A stretch of 64,000 bases of DNA. Origin: Marsupella aquatica (lineage: Eukaryota > Plantae > Marchantiophyta). Positions 11,800-25,250 of the stretch are shown piece by piece. Made by a program: the position numbers and the translations under genes. The notes beneath the pieces were generated by a model. It worked only from the letters and a program-made list of their open reading frames with translations, did no database searches and had not been told where the DNA came from. The first letter of the stretch is position 1, and the number at the start of each line of letters is the position of its first letter. The stretch is from positions 17,676,770 through 17,740,769 of the forward strand of contig OZ316893.1 in assembly GCA_973895155.1 (NCBI GenBank), written 5' to 3'.

Positions 11800-13575
11800 T
11801 ACTCAAGCCTCCACTGAGCCATTCCACATTAAGCCTAATAAAAAAGATGTCGCTGACCCACCTGCATTTGCGCGGCGCCTGCTCGCTGTCTCCACTAACC
11901 GCCCCTTCCGTGTGTGCTGCCATCGGTCTAGGGTTTGTCCTCTTGTCAAAATGAGATCTCGAGCCACCTTGATGAGAGGTGGGTCCAGGTCCATTCCGCT
12001 GACTTACAAGCAGGGTAATGCGCTCTTGCAAGGCCTTGTTATCCTGTACTGCTTCCTGTGCCTTGTTTCGCGGCTTCGTCGGCCTCAGTCTAGAGCCGTG
12101 CTACCTCTCGGCTGAGCTGGCCGATGGAGTCGCGATGGGTCTGGTTCTGCGCCAGCAATTTGTCTCGCTCGGCGGAGACACTAGCCACCTATTGAGCTGC
12201 CTGCAAGAATTGTTTGTTGAGGTTGGCTAGGTTGGTAACCCAAGCGGAGGACTCTGAGCACAGCTGAAGCACAGTGTCGTTCAGCTTCTTAAGGTCCGCC
12301 TGAGCCATGAGCAACTCTTGGCTTAGTCCTTCCCGCTGTTCGATGGTGCGGACTAACTCCTCACGGCGGTTGGTGGCTGCCTCCTCCAATTGCTCCACTA
12401 CCATTTGGAGTCGCTCGATCTTGTTCCCCTTTGCCATGAGTTTTTCCTCTAAGCAGTTTACGATTCAAGGTTGGTGCTCTAACATGAAGAAGGCTAGCTG
12501 GAAGTACTATGCGACTTGTTGCCCGATGTACGTTGTCAGTTCCCCCGATAGGTCCTGGCTAAATTTCTGGACCAAGTCGTGGGCTACAGTACCCGGGACT
12601 ACCTGGTAGTCCTCCATTCTCTCGGGCAGGGGTGCGTCTTCGGGCGGGGCAACGACTTCCTCCGTAGTCCGTAATGGGGAGGGAATGGTTTCTTCCGGCG
12701 GCGGAGGAATGGGAGGTGGTTGCGTTGGGGGTAGCGGGGGCTCGACAGGGGGAGGTGTAGTCCGCGGTGCTACGGTCTTGGGGTTTACCCGAGGTGGTGT
12801 AGTTTTCTCGATCGGTGTGATCTCTTTGGAATCGGGGGCAACGCTAGTTGGGGCCGAGGTGGCCATTTTCTTTCCCTTGGCCTCCCGCCGTGCCTTGTAC
12901 TAGGCTAGGATGATGGCGATATGACTTCCTAGGTAGGTCCTTCCCCCAATAGACATACCTGCCTGAGCCCGCTTAAGCTCCCCCAAGAACCTGCGGCAAA
13001 AGAATTGGGCCGAGTTCCGCCGTTTGTACTGCTCCACCTGCACAATCATATAGAGGGAGATCTTGGATCGTGGCTCGATCATGTGTAAGGTAGTCCATAT
13101 GAAGTTAAGCCGCTCCATACAGACTAAGTTGGTGCATGACCCCTGCTTATACCCATTGTCCATCTTACCCTCGGGTTTGAAGTGTCGGGTGTGTATTCCT
13201 TATCCCAAATTTGGAGTTCAACTGACACAGGCCCGGTTGGCATACAAAAGATATGTGCCAACCGATACTTTGTAAGCAATAGGGTCTGCCCTAAAACCTT
13301 GGTGGTCGCCACATCAATGTCAAAGTTGGAGATGAACTAATAAACCTCCTTTGGCCCGGTTGCGCTAGGCCTCCATAGCAAATGAGCGAACTGCTCCAAC
13401 TGATGCTCCTTAAGGTAGCCCACGTGGTCTGGTTTCTTGATGGCGGTCATTCAATAGGTCCGGCTGTCTGTGGTCAAAGGGCCATCGGGACTGGTTATTG
13501 GACGGCAGGTTGGCCAGGGCAAGAACGGGTACAAGGGCATAGTTAGTCCATGCAGTCAGTTTTGGACCCGGCATA
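11800..13575 (-). pseudogene. Degenerate retrotransposon-type accessory ORF (globular N-terminus, Pro-rich linker, coiled coil)
   Basis: Consecutive minus-strand ORFs 13410-13658, 12900-13163, 12507-12866 (PPPVEPPLPPTQPPPIPPPP) and 12189-12437 (heptad-like LEEAATNRREELVRTIEQREGLSQELL). Family assignment is inference. Confidence 0.45.
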
Positions 13576-13649
13576 TTCCTTGCTTGCTTACGGGAGCGTT
13601 GCTCTAGATGCGGACTAACTCGTCCGTCGGAACCTGAAGAGCACTCGGT

Positions 13650-16385
13650 GTTGTTCATCGAACGGACCTAGGTTTGGTTTGGTGGTACGCTGGTAGTCGC
13701 AGGCCGAGCAGTTGGGGGTGCCGTCGGAGTAGCCATATCCCAGTTGAAGGTGTTGGAGCTTTCCCCAAGAAACGTGAGATTGCGCGCCGCTTCTTGTTGT
13801 TTGCTGATGTCCTCTTTGCGCTTTTTGGCTGCAATCTGCTGGTCGATGTAACCCGGAATCTTGTCAAACTCCGCCTGAGTCAGCTTTTGGCTGCCCTTCA
13901 GCCTAAAGAACTTCGTGGGGACTTCAAGAATTTCCTCTGCTACCAATCTAAGTCCCTCCTCGGTGAGATATAGCTCGGTAATGTAGTCCCGCAGCTTGTT
14001 GTAGCTGGAATCCTGGTGATGGTTGTGTTCTCACAGTTAACCTGTGCTACCTTGGCCACCAACTTTGCGTATCTCCGTTTGTAGGCGGCTTTCTTGAGGC
14101 AAGAGTACCAATAAGTCTTGGAGAACTTAGCTCCTACCTTGCCAAACAAGGTCCCAAATCCCAAAGTTGTAAGGGTCATACTAACCTTTGCAGTCCGTCT
14201 TGTCGAGTCTGCCTCCCTGACCTGACTAAATCTCGTCACAATATGCGCTTAATCCTTGATATTTCCTGATAAGAATTGACTCAATCCAAGCAAAGTGCAA
14301 GAGCAACCGGCAGCGCCCACTAAACCTGAAAGGTGCAAATTAAAGAGCAAATGGGCTGCGGCGCCATCGACTGGGCTCTTATGGGGTGCCAGGGCAAGCT
14401 CAAACGTGAGAATGCGAAACCGTTAGTTGTCATTAATGGCTTGAGTCTGGCCGTCTTGGTCCAAGCGTGATCCTCGTAACAGATTTTTACTCCGCTGCCT
14501 ATCGTACTACGGCCGATCGTGATAATTTGCCCATAATTCCTACTCATTAAGTTGACTAACCTATTCCTAGTCTATTCATAATTGCCAAGATGGCTATACG
14601 CTCTACTCTACCTTGCGGCTACGGTCCTAATGACCGTATATATCCTAATCTATGACTTGCATCCTGTTTAGTGACACGTTACCCGTGTCACAAGGGTTAC
14701 TTACCAAAACGCTTGGTTGCAGTGAGGACCGTTGAATAGCAATCGTGTTGGAGAGCAAGTGCAGCTTTGTATGGGAGGGGCCGCTGGTGGTGCAAGGGGC
14801 ACTAGGTTGCTTGCTTGAGATATTTTTTGAAGGCATTCAGGCACCAGGGGCACTTAGGCGTGGGTGCTAGGATTGGTGAGGGCATTGGGTGGCAAGGTCC
14901 ACCACTTGTGGTATCAAAGCGATTGCCGACATAGACATCGGGCCGGGGTTGTGCTAGGTTGGAATCCAAATATCTTAACGGATTTTTGCGGGGACTTAGT
15001 GCTTCAATGTGCCCAACGGGTTGACTGTGGGCAGATTCAGTTACTAGAGACATGGCAAAGAACACTCAATCAAAGCTCGGTTGCTGGCTAGTAGGTCCTT
15101 CCTTGGACTAGGTGTTGGGTGGCGGGTTGACGGGGGCTGGAACTGGTACAGGGGTGGGGTAGTCTGCGCAATTGGTTTAGGACCTTGTGTTGTCCTAGCC
15201 CGCTTCCTTGAGCATTGCGCCAGTTGTGGATTACCATTCCCACCCGATTCAGACAAACACTCGATGTTGTTAATTGGACGGACCTAGGCCTGGCTTGGTG
15301 GCATGCGCTTGGCCGACACAATAGGCCGCGTGGTAGTGAGCACCGGTGGAGTAGCCATATCCTAGTTGAACAAGTTAGAGCTTTCCCCGAGGAAGGTGAG
15401 ATTCTGCATTGCCTCCCGCTGATGATTGGTCTCCTCCTCTTGCTTCTTGGCCGCAATCTATTGCTCAATGTAGCCCAGGATCTTGTTGAACTCTGCTTGA
15501 GTTAGCTTCTGATCGTCCTTAAGCTTAAAGTACTTTGCAAGGAATACCAGGAGCATCTCAGCTAACGACCTGAATCCTTCTTCAATGATATATAGCTCGG
15601 TAATGTAGTCTCGTAAGTCATTGTAGCCCAAATCCTTGGTGAGCACAACCTTCTTGCAATTATTCTGTGCTACTTTAATCATCAATTTTGCGTATCTTTG
15701 TTTGTAGGAGGCCTTCTTGGGACACAAATACCAGTAAGTCTCTGAGAGCTTAGCGCCTACTTCCCCAAGTAGGGTCCTGAATCCAAGGGCTATAAGGGTC
15801 ATACTAACCTTTGCAATCCGCTGATTAAGTTTGCTTCCCTTGCTCCCTCATTATCGTAGTGCCACAGGTCCGTGATCACCCGTAAAAAACTCTTGCCTCG
15901 GTGCGTCGCTCCAACTAAATCTTGCCACAATGCGTACTTATCCTTCAATTTTCTTTGATAAAAGCAAGCTTGATCAAGAGTGTAGCTGTCGCGCAAGAGC
16001 GAACTGACAATGTCCAAGTAATGATGAGGCGCAAAGTGGCAAATGGGCTATCGCGCCACCAATTGGGTTCTTATGGGGGCTCCTGGAAGAGCTCAGTCGT
16101 GAGAATTGTCAAGGACCATTAGCCGCCATCGCTTGATTGAGCGCGATTGTCTCAGTCCAAGCATGAGGTGCCATAAAAAAAATTACTCCGTTGCCGCCGT
16201 AGCACAATGGATGATTGTAATAGTGCGCTTTGTAATCATTACTCATTAAGTTGACTAACCTATTCCTAGTCTGATCATAATTGCAAAAACTGCTACTCGT
16301 ACCATCCTATCTATACGGATATGGTCCTAATGACCGTATACATCCTAATCTGAGACTTGCGTCATGTTAAGTGACACGCTCGTTG
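13650..16385 (-). repeat. Diverged tandem duplication of an unknown ORF plus upstream non-coding block (copy A ~13650-14690, copy B ~15270-16385)
   Basis: MTLTTLGFGTLFGKVGAKFSKTYWY vs MTLIALGFRTLLGEVGAKLSETYWY; QKLTQAEF in both; shared block TACTCATTAAGTTGACTAACCTATTCCTAGTCT at 14541 and 16240. Confidence 0.85.
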
Positions 16386-18307
16386 TGTCGTAGTCAATGC
16401 CCTATTTACAACTTCTATGGCAAGATTCTCCTTCTTGTCTTGCATTCTTGCTGCAAACTCCTTGGAAAACAAAATCTGAATGGTGTTCCATAAAACCATA
16501 TTGATACGACAGCTTCTCAATGCCTCACTCCAAAGTGGTTGGCAATATTTTGGGCACTGAGGACCACTCATATCAAGAATGACGCTACTCATTTACAAAG
16601 AACGCCTAGAGTAAATTATCAAAGGAATTATCAATACGACCGACACTTCTATGTATGTGGCACACTATGACTAACCCTAAGTTGTATTAATTGAGAGAAG
16701 TTGCTCATTGTTCAAGTTGGCTAGGAGGATTGAAAAGCAAGAGACAAAGACCTATTGCCAAACACTAGCACTATTTTACTCACCACGCTACAAGTAGATC
16801 TTTTTGTGAATTCATTTTTCATAAGGACGCTTCTCTTTTACATTTGGTGCTACGAGTAGAGCATGCAATGACTACTATTTTTGCAATTTTAGATTTTTCT
16901 CAGAAGTGCCTTCCTGACCTTAGTTTAATTTTTAAGTTTTGTCAGCATGATCCTTGATGATCAAGGACCTCACTGGAAAAGTTTCAGAGATTTTGGTGAT
17001 ATTTAGCCTAGTTTTTAATGACCTATCATGTACCATTTTGTTGATTAGATTATTCCACTAAGGAAACTCAGACTTAGTAGCATATTAGGAAGTGAAGAGG
17101 CCCTTCTAGCCTCCAAAAATTAGGAAGTGAAGTGGTGACCGAGTTCAAAGGCTTGTAGACCATAGCTTGAAAAGCTTTTCTTGTTGTCCAAACTCAAAAG
17201 TTTTATGTTCTCTGTGTTTTGTAAATTTCTCTTTGATTAATTTTTGACTTCTTGTCAAAGAGATGAGTAAACCTCTCTATACTACTCAAAAGTGAATATA
17301 ATCATGATAGTGATAATTTTTTAGTTGCAACTTTGTTGATAGAAGACGGTGATCTTCATCGGAGAAGGCAAAGTGGAGTTTTGCCATGCAAATAGAGGTG
17401 CAATCGGGGTGCAATCATTGCAGAGAAACAAAAAGGAAAGCAGGTCATTGATAGCAAGAGGGTGTTTGTGAAGTAGGATGGTGGTTTTGAACGGATTGAG
17501 AAGAGGAAGGGTGTGGACTACTGTATCAGGTTTTCTCTGGTAGTAAACCCTAACCAACTACTGTTGAGCTTGGCTATGGCACTTGTCTTGTTTGGGTTTT
17601 GCATGGATCATTTGAATATAGTCATGATGTTGTCTAGACTATATGATCATGAATTAATTTTCATGGGGGAGCTACAAAGTTTTGTGGAGAAGGACTAGTT
17701 AGTTTTTTATATAAATTTCACTTTTATTCTGCGTGAACCCCACGTATAGGGGGACCCCGGGGGCCCAAAGGCAACAGAAGCCAAACAGCCCATGAAACAA
17801 AGGTATTACCAACACCAAGTAAGGGACAAATGAACTAAGCGTCCTTTGTGAACGGAACAAACTACCATAGCTCAAAGCTGAGCAGAGTCCTCCATGAATA
17901 TTTCAAGCCATTAGAAATAGCTGATCCCTACAAAACACCAAGAAAACCAACAATTTTGCACCTCCTAAAAAGTGCAACAAAATAGTAAGTAGGCATGAAA
18001 GACTCCCAGAGAGGAGCAACATCCTTGCTCAACAAAATATCCCTAAAATGATTCAAGGCAAAGTAAACACAGTCCCGTGTATTTCCCAATCCTCCGGGCT
18101 CTAGAGCCAGAGAAAAGCCCTTGAGCAAAGATCCTCCACAAGAAAAATCTTGGCATGAGTTGAAATGTCAGATGCCCACAAAGTTTTCCAAATTGCCCCC
18201 CATTCAATCACACTAAGAGTTTTCCCCCAGATTCGATTAAGTTGCTCAAAGTCAGAGCCCTTTGGTCAAATCATCTCATAGAAACGATGGTTTGATAGTC
18301 CAAAATG

Positions 18308-18478
18308 GAGTAAAACTACATCATCAGTTATCAATGTTTTCCATCAGTCAATCTGATATCAGTTGCCACGTCATCTCAAAGAGGCCGCCAAGTTGCGGCG
18401 CCAAAAAAAAAATGCAAAAAAAAATTTGATTTTTTTTGGTCAAAATTTGATGGAGAAAAAAAAACTTTTTTTAAATCA
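18308..18478 (+). mobile_element. Truncated left end of MULE-MITE family, inserted in the LINE
   Basis: CATCATCAGTTATCAAT...CTGATATCAGTTGCCACGTCATCTCAAAGAGGCCGCCAAGTTGCGGCGCC(A)n matches the copies at 26916/33030 and 52316. Confidence 0.75.
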
Positions 18479-20407
18479 GTGAGATCCTCGCTACCCCTCC
18501 AAATGCCTGCTCTTCAAGTTAGTCCAAGTCAATCCATCTCCAGCTCCAAGCCTCAATGTCAGAGCCAACACCAATGATTGTCAAGGATTGAATAGCACGA
18601 TTGAATTCAAAAAGTTCTGGCAGCCAGCAGTTAGGCCCCGGATCCTCCAAATCCGCTCCACAAAAAATCTCCAAAATTGTCCAACATCACACCAGGTGTC
18701 CCCAATCTTCCAGATGCCCAAACATCCAAAAACCCTGACAATCTCCAGGATGCTCCTTTCAGGTAGATCATAATAGCCTCTCATACTCCTCAATGTATCC
18801 TCTGCACCCCAGCGGCCAGGGATACAACCACCCGAGTCAAGGCAAAAGATAAGGTTCTCCCAAACTAGTTCCCAAGCTTTCCAAAGTTGACCAGTATAGG
18901 ATAGCTTGCCAAAAGTTTGTGGAGTGCAAAGCAATAGTTTATCAAACATCAAATTCTGATTTCTATGCACCGTCTTGTAATTCCTTCATCTTACCAGCTT
19001 AAGATTCTCAGCAAAGAGTCTGGCCCGTTCAATCCCAGGGCAGTCAAGAGCATTCGTATACCATTTACATAGTAAGGCATCAGAGTGACACCTGAAATCT
19101 TTAAGTCTTAGTCCTCCCTCAACCTTAGGCCAAGCCAGCTTATCCCAAGCCACCAATGGGATCCACTTCCCACCCAGTTCATTCAAACCCCACAGGAAAG
19201 CACAATTTAGTAGAGTTAACTTCTTAGTCAGAATGTGAGGTGAGCGTAATATCATCATATTGTAGACGGGATTTCTTGAAGGACGTGTTTGATCAATAGT
19301 AGACAACCAGTGAACAAGAGAAATTGAGTAGACCACAAGGAGAGGCGTGCTGCAGTCCGGTCTAGACAAAAATCATGGAGCTGAGCTTCCGTCAGATCAA
19401 CCCCAAAAGGTGCTCCAAGGTATCGCTGTACAATCCCAGGGAAACTAATCTTATAGCCAGTGTGTCGTAACCATGCCAGAATTTCCTCTAACCCAATAGG
19501 AACAATGATCGACTTCTTCAAATTTAGCTTTGCTTCTGTCGCACATTTGTAACAGTCAATTGCTCTTCTGGCCTGTTCAAAGGCCACCTTAGTAGCCGGT
19601 ATAAACATTCCTAGATCATCAGCAAAAAATCTGTGGCAAACATTCAATGAGGGGGAAACCTGAATCCCCTGTAAACGCCATGCAACAATCTCAGCATGGC
19701 AAACATCCATGAAAGGCTGCGTAGATAAAGCAAAAAGCAAAGGAGAAAGGGGGCAGCCCTGATGAACTCCCCTCCGCATGTTAATATCTGCTGTCCATTG
19801 GCCATTCACTAACACTTTAGAGCATGAGTTACTAAGTAGAGCTTTAACCATAAATGTAAAGTGAGATCCCAATCCTAATAGATGCATAGCTTCCCATATG
19901 TAAGAGTGATCCACCCGGTCAAAAGCTTTTTCAAATCTAGTTGCAAAAAAAGGGCAGGAGTCTTAGTGCAAATGAGCCAGTCATTCATCATCCAAGCAAG
20001 TGAGATATTTTGAAGAATCTGGCGACCAGGAATAACACCAGTTTGTTGAGGACTAATCATTCAAGGCAGCAGCACCTTGAGACAGAGTGCAAGTAGCTTA
20101 GCTAAAATCTTGTAGGTAATGTTCAGCATCATTAGGGGTCCCCAGTCCTCAAGATGACGCTTATCCGTCTTGTTGGGTATCAAGCAAATCACTCCATCAC
20201 AAATACCAGACGACAAACGCCCAGTTCTCCAGAAATTGCAAATCATAGTGTAAAGGTCCTCCTGCATGAATTCCCAGGCAGCATGATCTCAGGAGCTTTA
20301 TCGCCAGGCAGCAACAGCAAAATGTCATTAACTCTTTCAAAGAAGGCAGTGCCTCAAGAAACTGTATGTCCACTGCAGAGGGAGCAAAGTGAGTGTTGCC
20401 ACAAAGC

Positions 20408-21303
20408 CCTTGGGCCCTCACTAAGGGAAATGTAGTGAGACATACCTGTGACCAGAAGGCCCCCAAGAGCCCCTTGTCATATTTTGGAAGAACATTAAAA
20501 TGTATCTTGTTTGTTCTAATTTTTTTTTTCAATCCTATATAAAATTTACCTATGTTATTATAATCAGATAGATTTGAGTATTTAAAACACCCTTCATTTG
20601 TTATAAAAAAAATCTTTTGCGAAGAGATTCAATCATGAATGCACATTTTATTTAATGTACCATTAAGTGGCAAGTACACTAAACAAACATATTGCCATAT
20701 AATATTTGGCAATGTGTGAAAGCCATTGGGGCTTTAGCACAGAAACATCTAATTTAAACTACATACGGGACTACATATCAAAGTTCTCCAGAAGATTCCA
20801 ACAAAATCTCACTACAAGACATTAGAGGTGACATTGCACTTAACAAGCCAAAGAAGTCATCCACTACTCCTGTCTATAAAATGCTAGACATCTTACTGGG
20901 CCATAGATTTTTAATGTTGCTCCATACATATGGGATGGGAGCATCATTCCACTTCTGAAAACTGAGAGCAAATATTACAAATACTGGAATCACCACACTC
21001 AACACAAACCCATTGGGCTTCACTATTGTCCTTCTTGAAATTAGAACCCCCTAATCCACTGGTGTGATGACATGTGGTCCAATGAACAAGTGACGCGTGT
21101 CATTAGGTATTACCATGGCCCTTCAGTTCATTAACTTTAAGACACATTTTTAAAAACCCTTCACCTCTTCTAATCGGTTGCAAATATAAACAAGGACCTT
21201 GTTGCTTAGAACGGTGTTATAATATTATTCACGGATTTGATATTTAATACCCATTGGACATTTGCACGTATGTTTCGTTGTTTTGTAAGCTGAGGGCCCA
21301 GGG
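20408..21303. mobile_element. Non-autonomous TIR element (896 bp, 8-bp TSD; hAT-like by TSD length)
   Basis: TIRs CCTTGGGCCCTCA / TGAGGGCCCAGGG (12/13 match), flanked by direct repeat CACAAAGC at 20400-20407 and 21304-21311; interrupts the LINE ORF2. Confidence 0.85.
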
Positions 21304-23904
21304 CACAAAGCCTGCTTCAAGCCTCCCACATCAGCAAGAGTTCCACCGTAGTCCGCTCCATGGGAGAATAGAGAGTCTCACAGAACTTTTGCACCTCTTC
21401 AACAATCATTTTTCTTCCCTAATCTCCTGTCCATCAGCACCAACCAGATATTCCATGGCATCACGTAGACACTTTTCTTTCGTTAGTAGAAAATAGAATT
21501 GAGAAGGCTTGTCACCTTGACCAAGCCAATGTATCCTTGATAGCCTTTGCTTGTGGTGTGCATCTTCTAGTTCCAACCCTTTGACACATCGGTCAGTATT
21601 CTCAAAGTCCTGTACATTGTCTTGAGGGTACTCTTCTAGAATTGTAATTTTTAGTAACCATAACTTGTTTTTCAACATAGCTAACTCCTCCTCACAAGGC
21701 ATGGACAAGTGTTGAAGTTCCATGTAGCACTTCCGGAATCTTTGATAGGCATTAGCAAATTTCAAATGAGGGTCCACAGTATTTTCTCCCTCAGCATTCC
21801 AAGCATTAGCCAACCATTCTAAGTGTCTAGCTCTTGTAAGAACTGCCGGATTTTCTTTGAAGTAGGTAGCCCTTCTAGCAACAAAGTCAAGGGTAAGAGG
21901 CGGAGTTAACCAAAAGGTGATCAAAAGAGGATCATGGTCAGACAGAGCTAACGAACCATCATGTATGAGTTCCATCCCTTCTCGCTTAGGTAAAAATGAT
22001 CAAGCCTTGATTGAACCAATTTGCCAAACCTGACCCGACTCCACGTGAAGGTGGCACCCGACACCAGGCCTAAGATAGTGAGAACATATTGTAGGTCAAA
22101 ACAGATTTTGAATAGGCGCTATACCTCGAGTTTGCTACCCCTGATTAGTGGCAAGGGTCCGGTAGAGTCCTCCCGAGTCTCTATGGTAGAGTGGTTAGAT
22201 TGTTAAATAACACTTTAACATCTAAAGACCTGAATTTGTTCTCGTAAAGAGCCAATGAGAAGTGAATTGGTACTAGAAAGAACAAATAGGATGTTAATTA
22301 GACATATCCTTGCCAATGAGTGCTCTCTCCAAAGGATTGATATCAATCAATGAACAAAGCTAATAATGAAAAAAATGTATGGAAAGAGACTAGTAAGAAT
22401 ATCCTTTCAATTGGTCGATGGTGTAAGATCATGAGGTAGATTGACGATCCCCAACAGATCAACAAGACCCAAGTTTTTAAAAATTCGGAATACAACAGAG
22501 CTTAAACCACAGTTGAATTCAGAATGAACATTCCACATTAACTAGAAATTGAAATGGAGATTAATAGGTAGCAATATATCCAAGAAATCCTTTCAGGTCA
22601 ATAAAGTATGACGATACTCAAATTCTTGATTTGGTAACTTCTCACACACAAATGATTAGATTGTCAAATAACTTTTCAATTAGATTTAGATTGATGCTCA
22701 TGGCAATGGAACATTCAATTACAAGTACTGGAATAACATCACTTGACTGCTACAAAGAAATCAACATGGAGCAATTCAAATCCATATCCAATTGTCAAAG
22801 TATGGTCTCAATTACTAAGATATTATCTTCTCAATAGGAGAAGGAGTCTTCAGTTTTACTCACAACAGGGCAAGGCTCAATAGGAGAATAGAGGAGGAGC
22901 TACTACGCTTCCAAAAGAAATTGAGAACTAAAAGAAAATGTATTTAACCGTCATCCTACTTAAGATGCTGAAGGAAAAGAGGGAAAAGATCCCAAAAGGT
23001 ATCAGGGTATCATTTCCAATTTTCATGGAAGAAAACATAGCCGTCATTAAGATCCAAAAATGAATACAAGGCAAAATCCAAAAATGGATTTCCGGTTTTA
23101 CATAAAACTCCAGATTTGAGTCGTAACCAGATCCAAAAATACTAACTCAAACTAATCTAAAACAAAATCACTACTAAACTACTGTAACACTATCCTCAAG
23201 ATCTACTCTAGCTGGCTCACAAACAGTATCAATTTGACTAACGGGCTTCTGGGAAGTAGGTGTCCCTAAGTTAGTAGTAGCCTCCACATCCTTAAAATCC
23301 AAGGGAGAACAGCGTGGAGTGCTGACAGTCAAAGGTGACTCAGACGGAAAACAAAACTCAACCTTCTCAAATCCGGGTGGAGTATCTTCTACCTCAGATG
23401 TATCGGGAATTGCCAAGGATATTCCGGATTTCAAAATCCGGATTCTAAGAGGTGCCAACATTGACTTCACATCCCAAATCACATTCTCCATCTGGTCAAA
23501 TGCTCATGTGATCTTCTTGGCAAACCATTTATTGCACTTGATAACCTTAGTAAAGGTGCCTGGATTGGCTGTTGTCAAATACTTATCAATCAAATTGGCT
23601 TCCAACAAGCCCAAAGTTGGAACATGAAGAGCTTCCCAAACAATAGTGATAGCTACATTCAGTAGCTTCCGGATTTGCAGATGTTCCTCTAACTTCTTCT
23701 GGGCAACATCTAACTGGTCCACTAAGGAATCAATATTTCTTTTGTCCTTGTTTGCTTGGTCTTTCGAATCCTAGATCCTCTTCTTGGCCTAATTGTTGAT
23801 CACCATCCCCAAAGTGGAAATGATCAGAACTGGACTGCAGTTCAGCATCTCAGCAACTCTCCCAACAAGTTTGTCCTCTCCTATTGATGTTGTGCCTATT
23901 GGAT

Positions 23905-24203
23905 GGTGGGTTTGTCCTTGGTGTACTTAGGAGGTAGATGACTTGATCTTCACATGGTATGGATTGCAGATTGACAATTAACAATGGGGCAACATAGCAC
24001 CTGGCCTTCTGATTCGTGCACCCACAAAGGTGTATAGCATGTAGTAGATGGATAGGGCTACCTAGGAGTTAGAGGGACCTAACTGCTAGTTAGGGGGGCA
24101 AGTTGTGGTACATTTTTATTTGTGTATGCTCTTGTTCCTATGATGTATGTATGTGGGTATATACAATGATGTATGTTGTATGACGATGTGTATTAGCACA
24201 ACC
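23905..24203 (+). mobile_element. Gypsy 3' fragment: 3' UTR, PPT and start of LTR
   Basis: AGGGGGGCAAGT followed by TGTGGTA at ~24092-24110; it is an inverted copy of 33380-33595. Confidence 0.7.
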
Positions 24204-25084
24204 ATAGAGTATGTAGTGGAATTTTACAATCAGATATATAAGGAGGTACTAAATTTTCAAGGTTGGAGTGAACAATTGGATTTTTTCCCCCTGAAATGCA
24301 TATTGATAGATTTTCACACCTCAAGTTAAGATTGATTCATTGATAACATAGTAGCACAACGGAAAATTAACGCACTTTGTTCTTGGGGAAGTTTAACTTG
24401 ACTAGTCAATTGCAAAGTAGCACAAAGTGACACACTCAATGTGAAGACGATTGGATCAGACCTGGTTGGAACCATGTTACGTACTATCCTTGAGAATGAT
24501 TTTGGATGTTTTTTGTCTTTTCATTGAAAACCAGCCCCAAACTTTCAAACTTCCCAATGAAGAAATTAGGATGCAGAAAGGCTCAACCATCTGCCTTGAT
24601 ATTAAAGATATGGAGCTCATGAGCTGCACCTACTTTGGCAACAGTCCCACCTTCTGTCCGTACATGTCTTTTTTGGATGAATCACCCAAACTATGTTTGG
24701 ATAAAATCCTACACAAATTACTGCCTTTGCAAAATAAATAAATTCCAATGGGTTCCTTGTGCACGTTACATTCCATGTTCTCATTCTAGTTTCCTCAGCC
24801 AACCTTGAAGCTCAAATGGGGTTAGAGTGAACATTCATAGTGAGTCACTGAAGCAGTCTTCAACATTAAACTAAAAGAAGCCCACAATTATTTATGTTGT
24901 CTACCTGTGATCTCGCAAGCAAAAGTAGAGTCATTGAGGAAATTCACAAATTACATCATCCAATAAATGCAATTTCTTAGCAACAGATTGAAATCAACCT
25001 GAGGAGCATCTCAAGAAGCATTACTCTATGGAAACCCTGGTGCTAAATCAGGTCCTAAGCATGCTGACATAACTATGACATCAT

Positions 25085-25250
25085 GGGTATGACATGCGTG
25101 ACAGTAAACAGGAAACAAGTTTACTGGTACCAGCAAAAATGACAATGTAAAAATATTTCCTAAAAAGTCACATTTTCCAAAAAAATAAAAATTACAACAT
25201 TTTTTGGCTAGCTTTGGGCGCTAGCATTACCAGCGTCGGGCGCTAGCCAA
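25085..25250 (+). mobile_element. Terminus of a second member of the ParB-like-carrying MULE family
   Basis: GGGTATGACATGCGTGACAGTAAACAGGAAAC resembles the 7618 terminus and is followed by two degenerate palindromes (TAGCTTTGGGCGCTAG, AGCGTCGGGCGCT) at ~25209-25246. Confidence 0.65.

Larger units (their letters stand above)
17703..22190 (-). mobile_element. Degenerate L1/Tx1-type LINE (APE endonuclease C-terminus, RT, 3' region)
   Basis: APE motifs FTW...SRLDHFY (~21990-22060) and LSDHDP; RT motifs QGCPLSPLLF and FFADDL (19255-19914); YKILAKLLA (20061-20267); minus-strand AATAAA plus short poly(A) at ~17703-17730. Confidence 0.9.

Noticed and set aside
22190-23850. Possible degenerate gag/protease remnant (ORFs 23174-23491, 23504-23722)
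   Set aside because: No diagnostic motif could be read with confidence.
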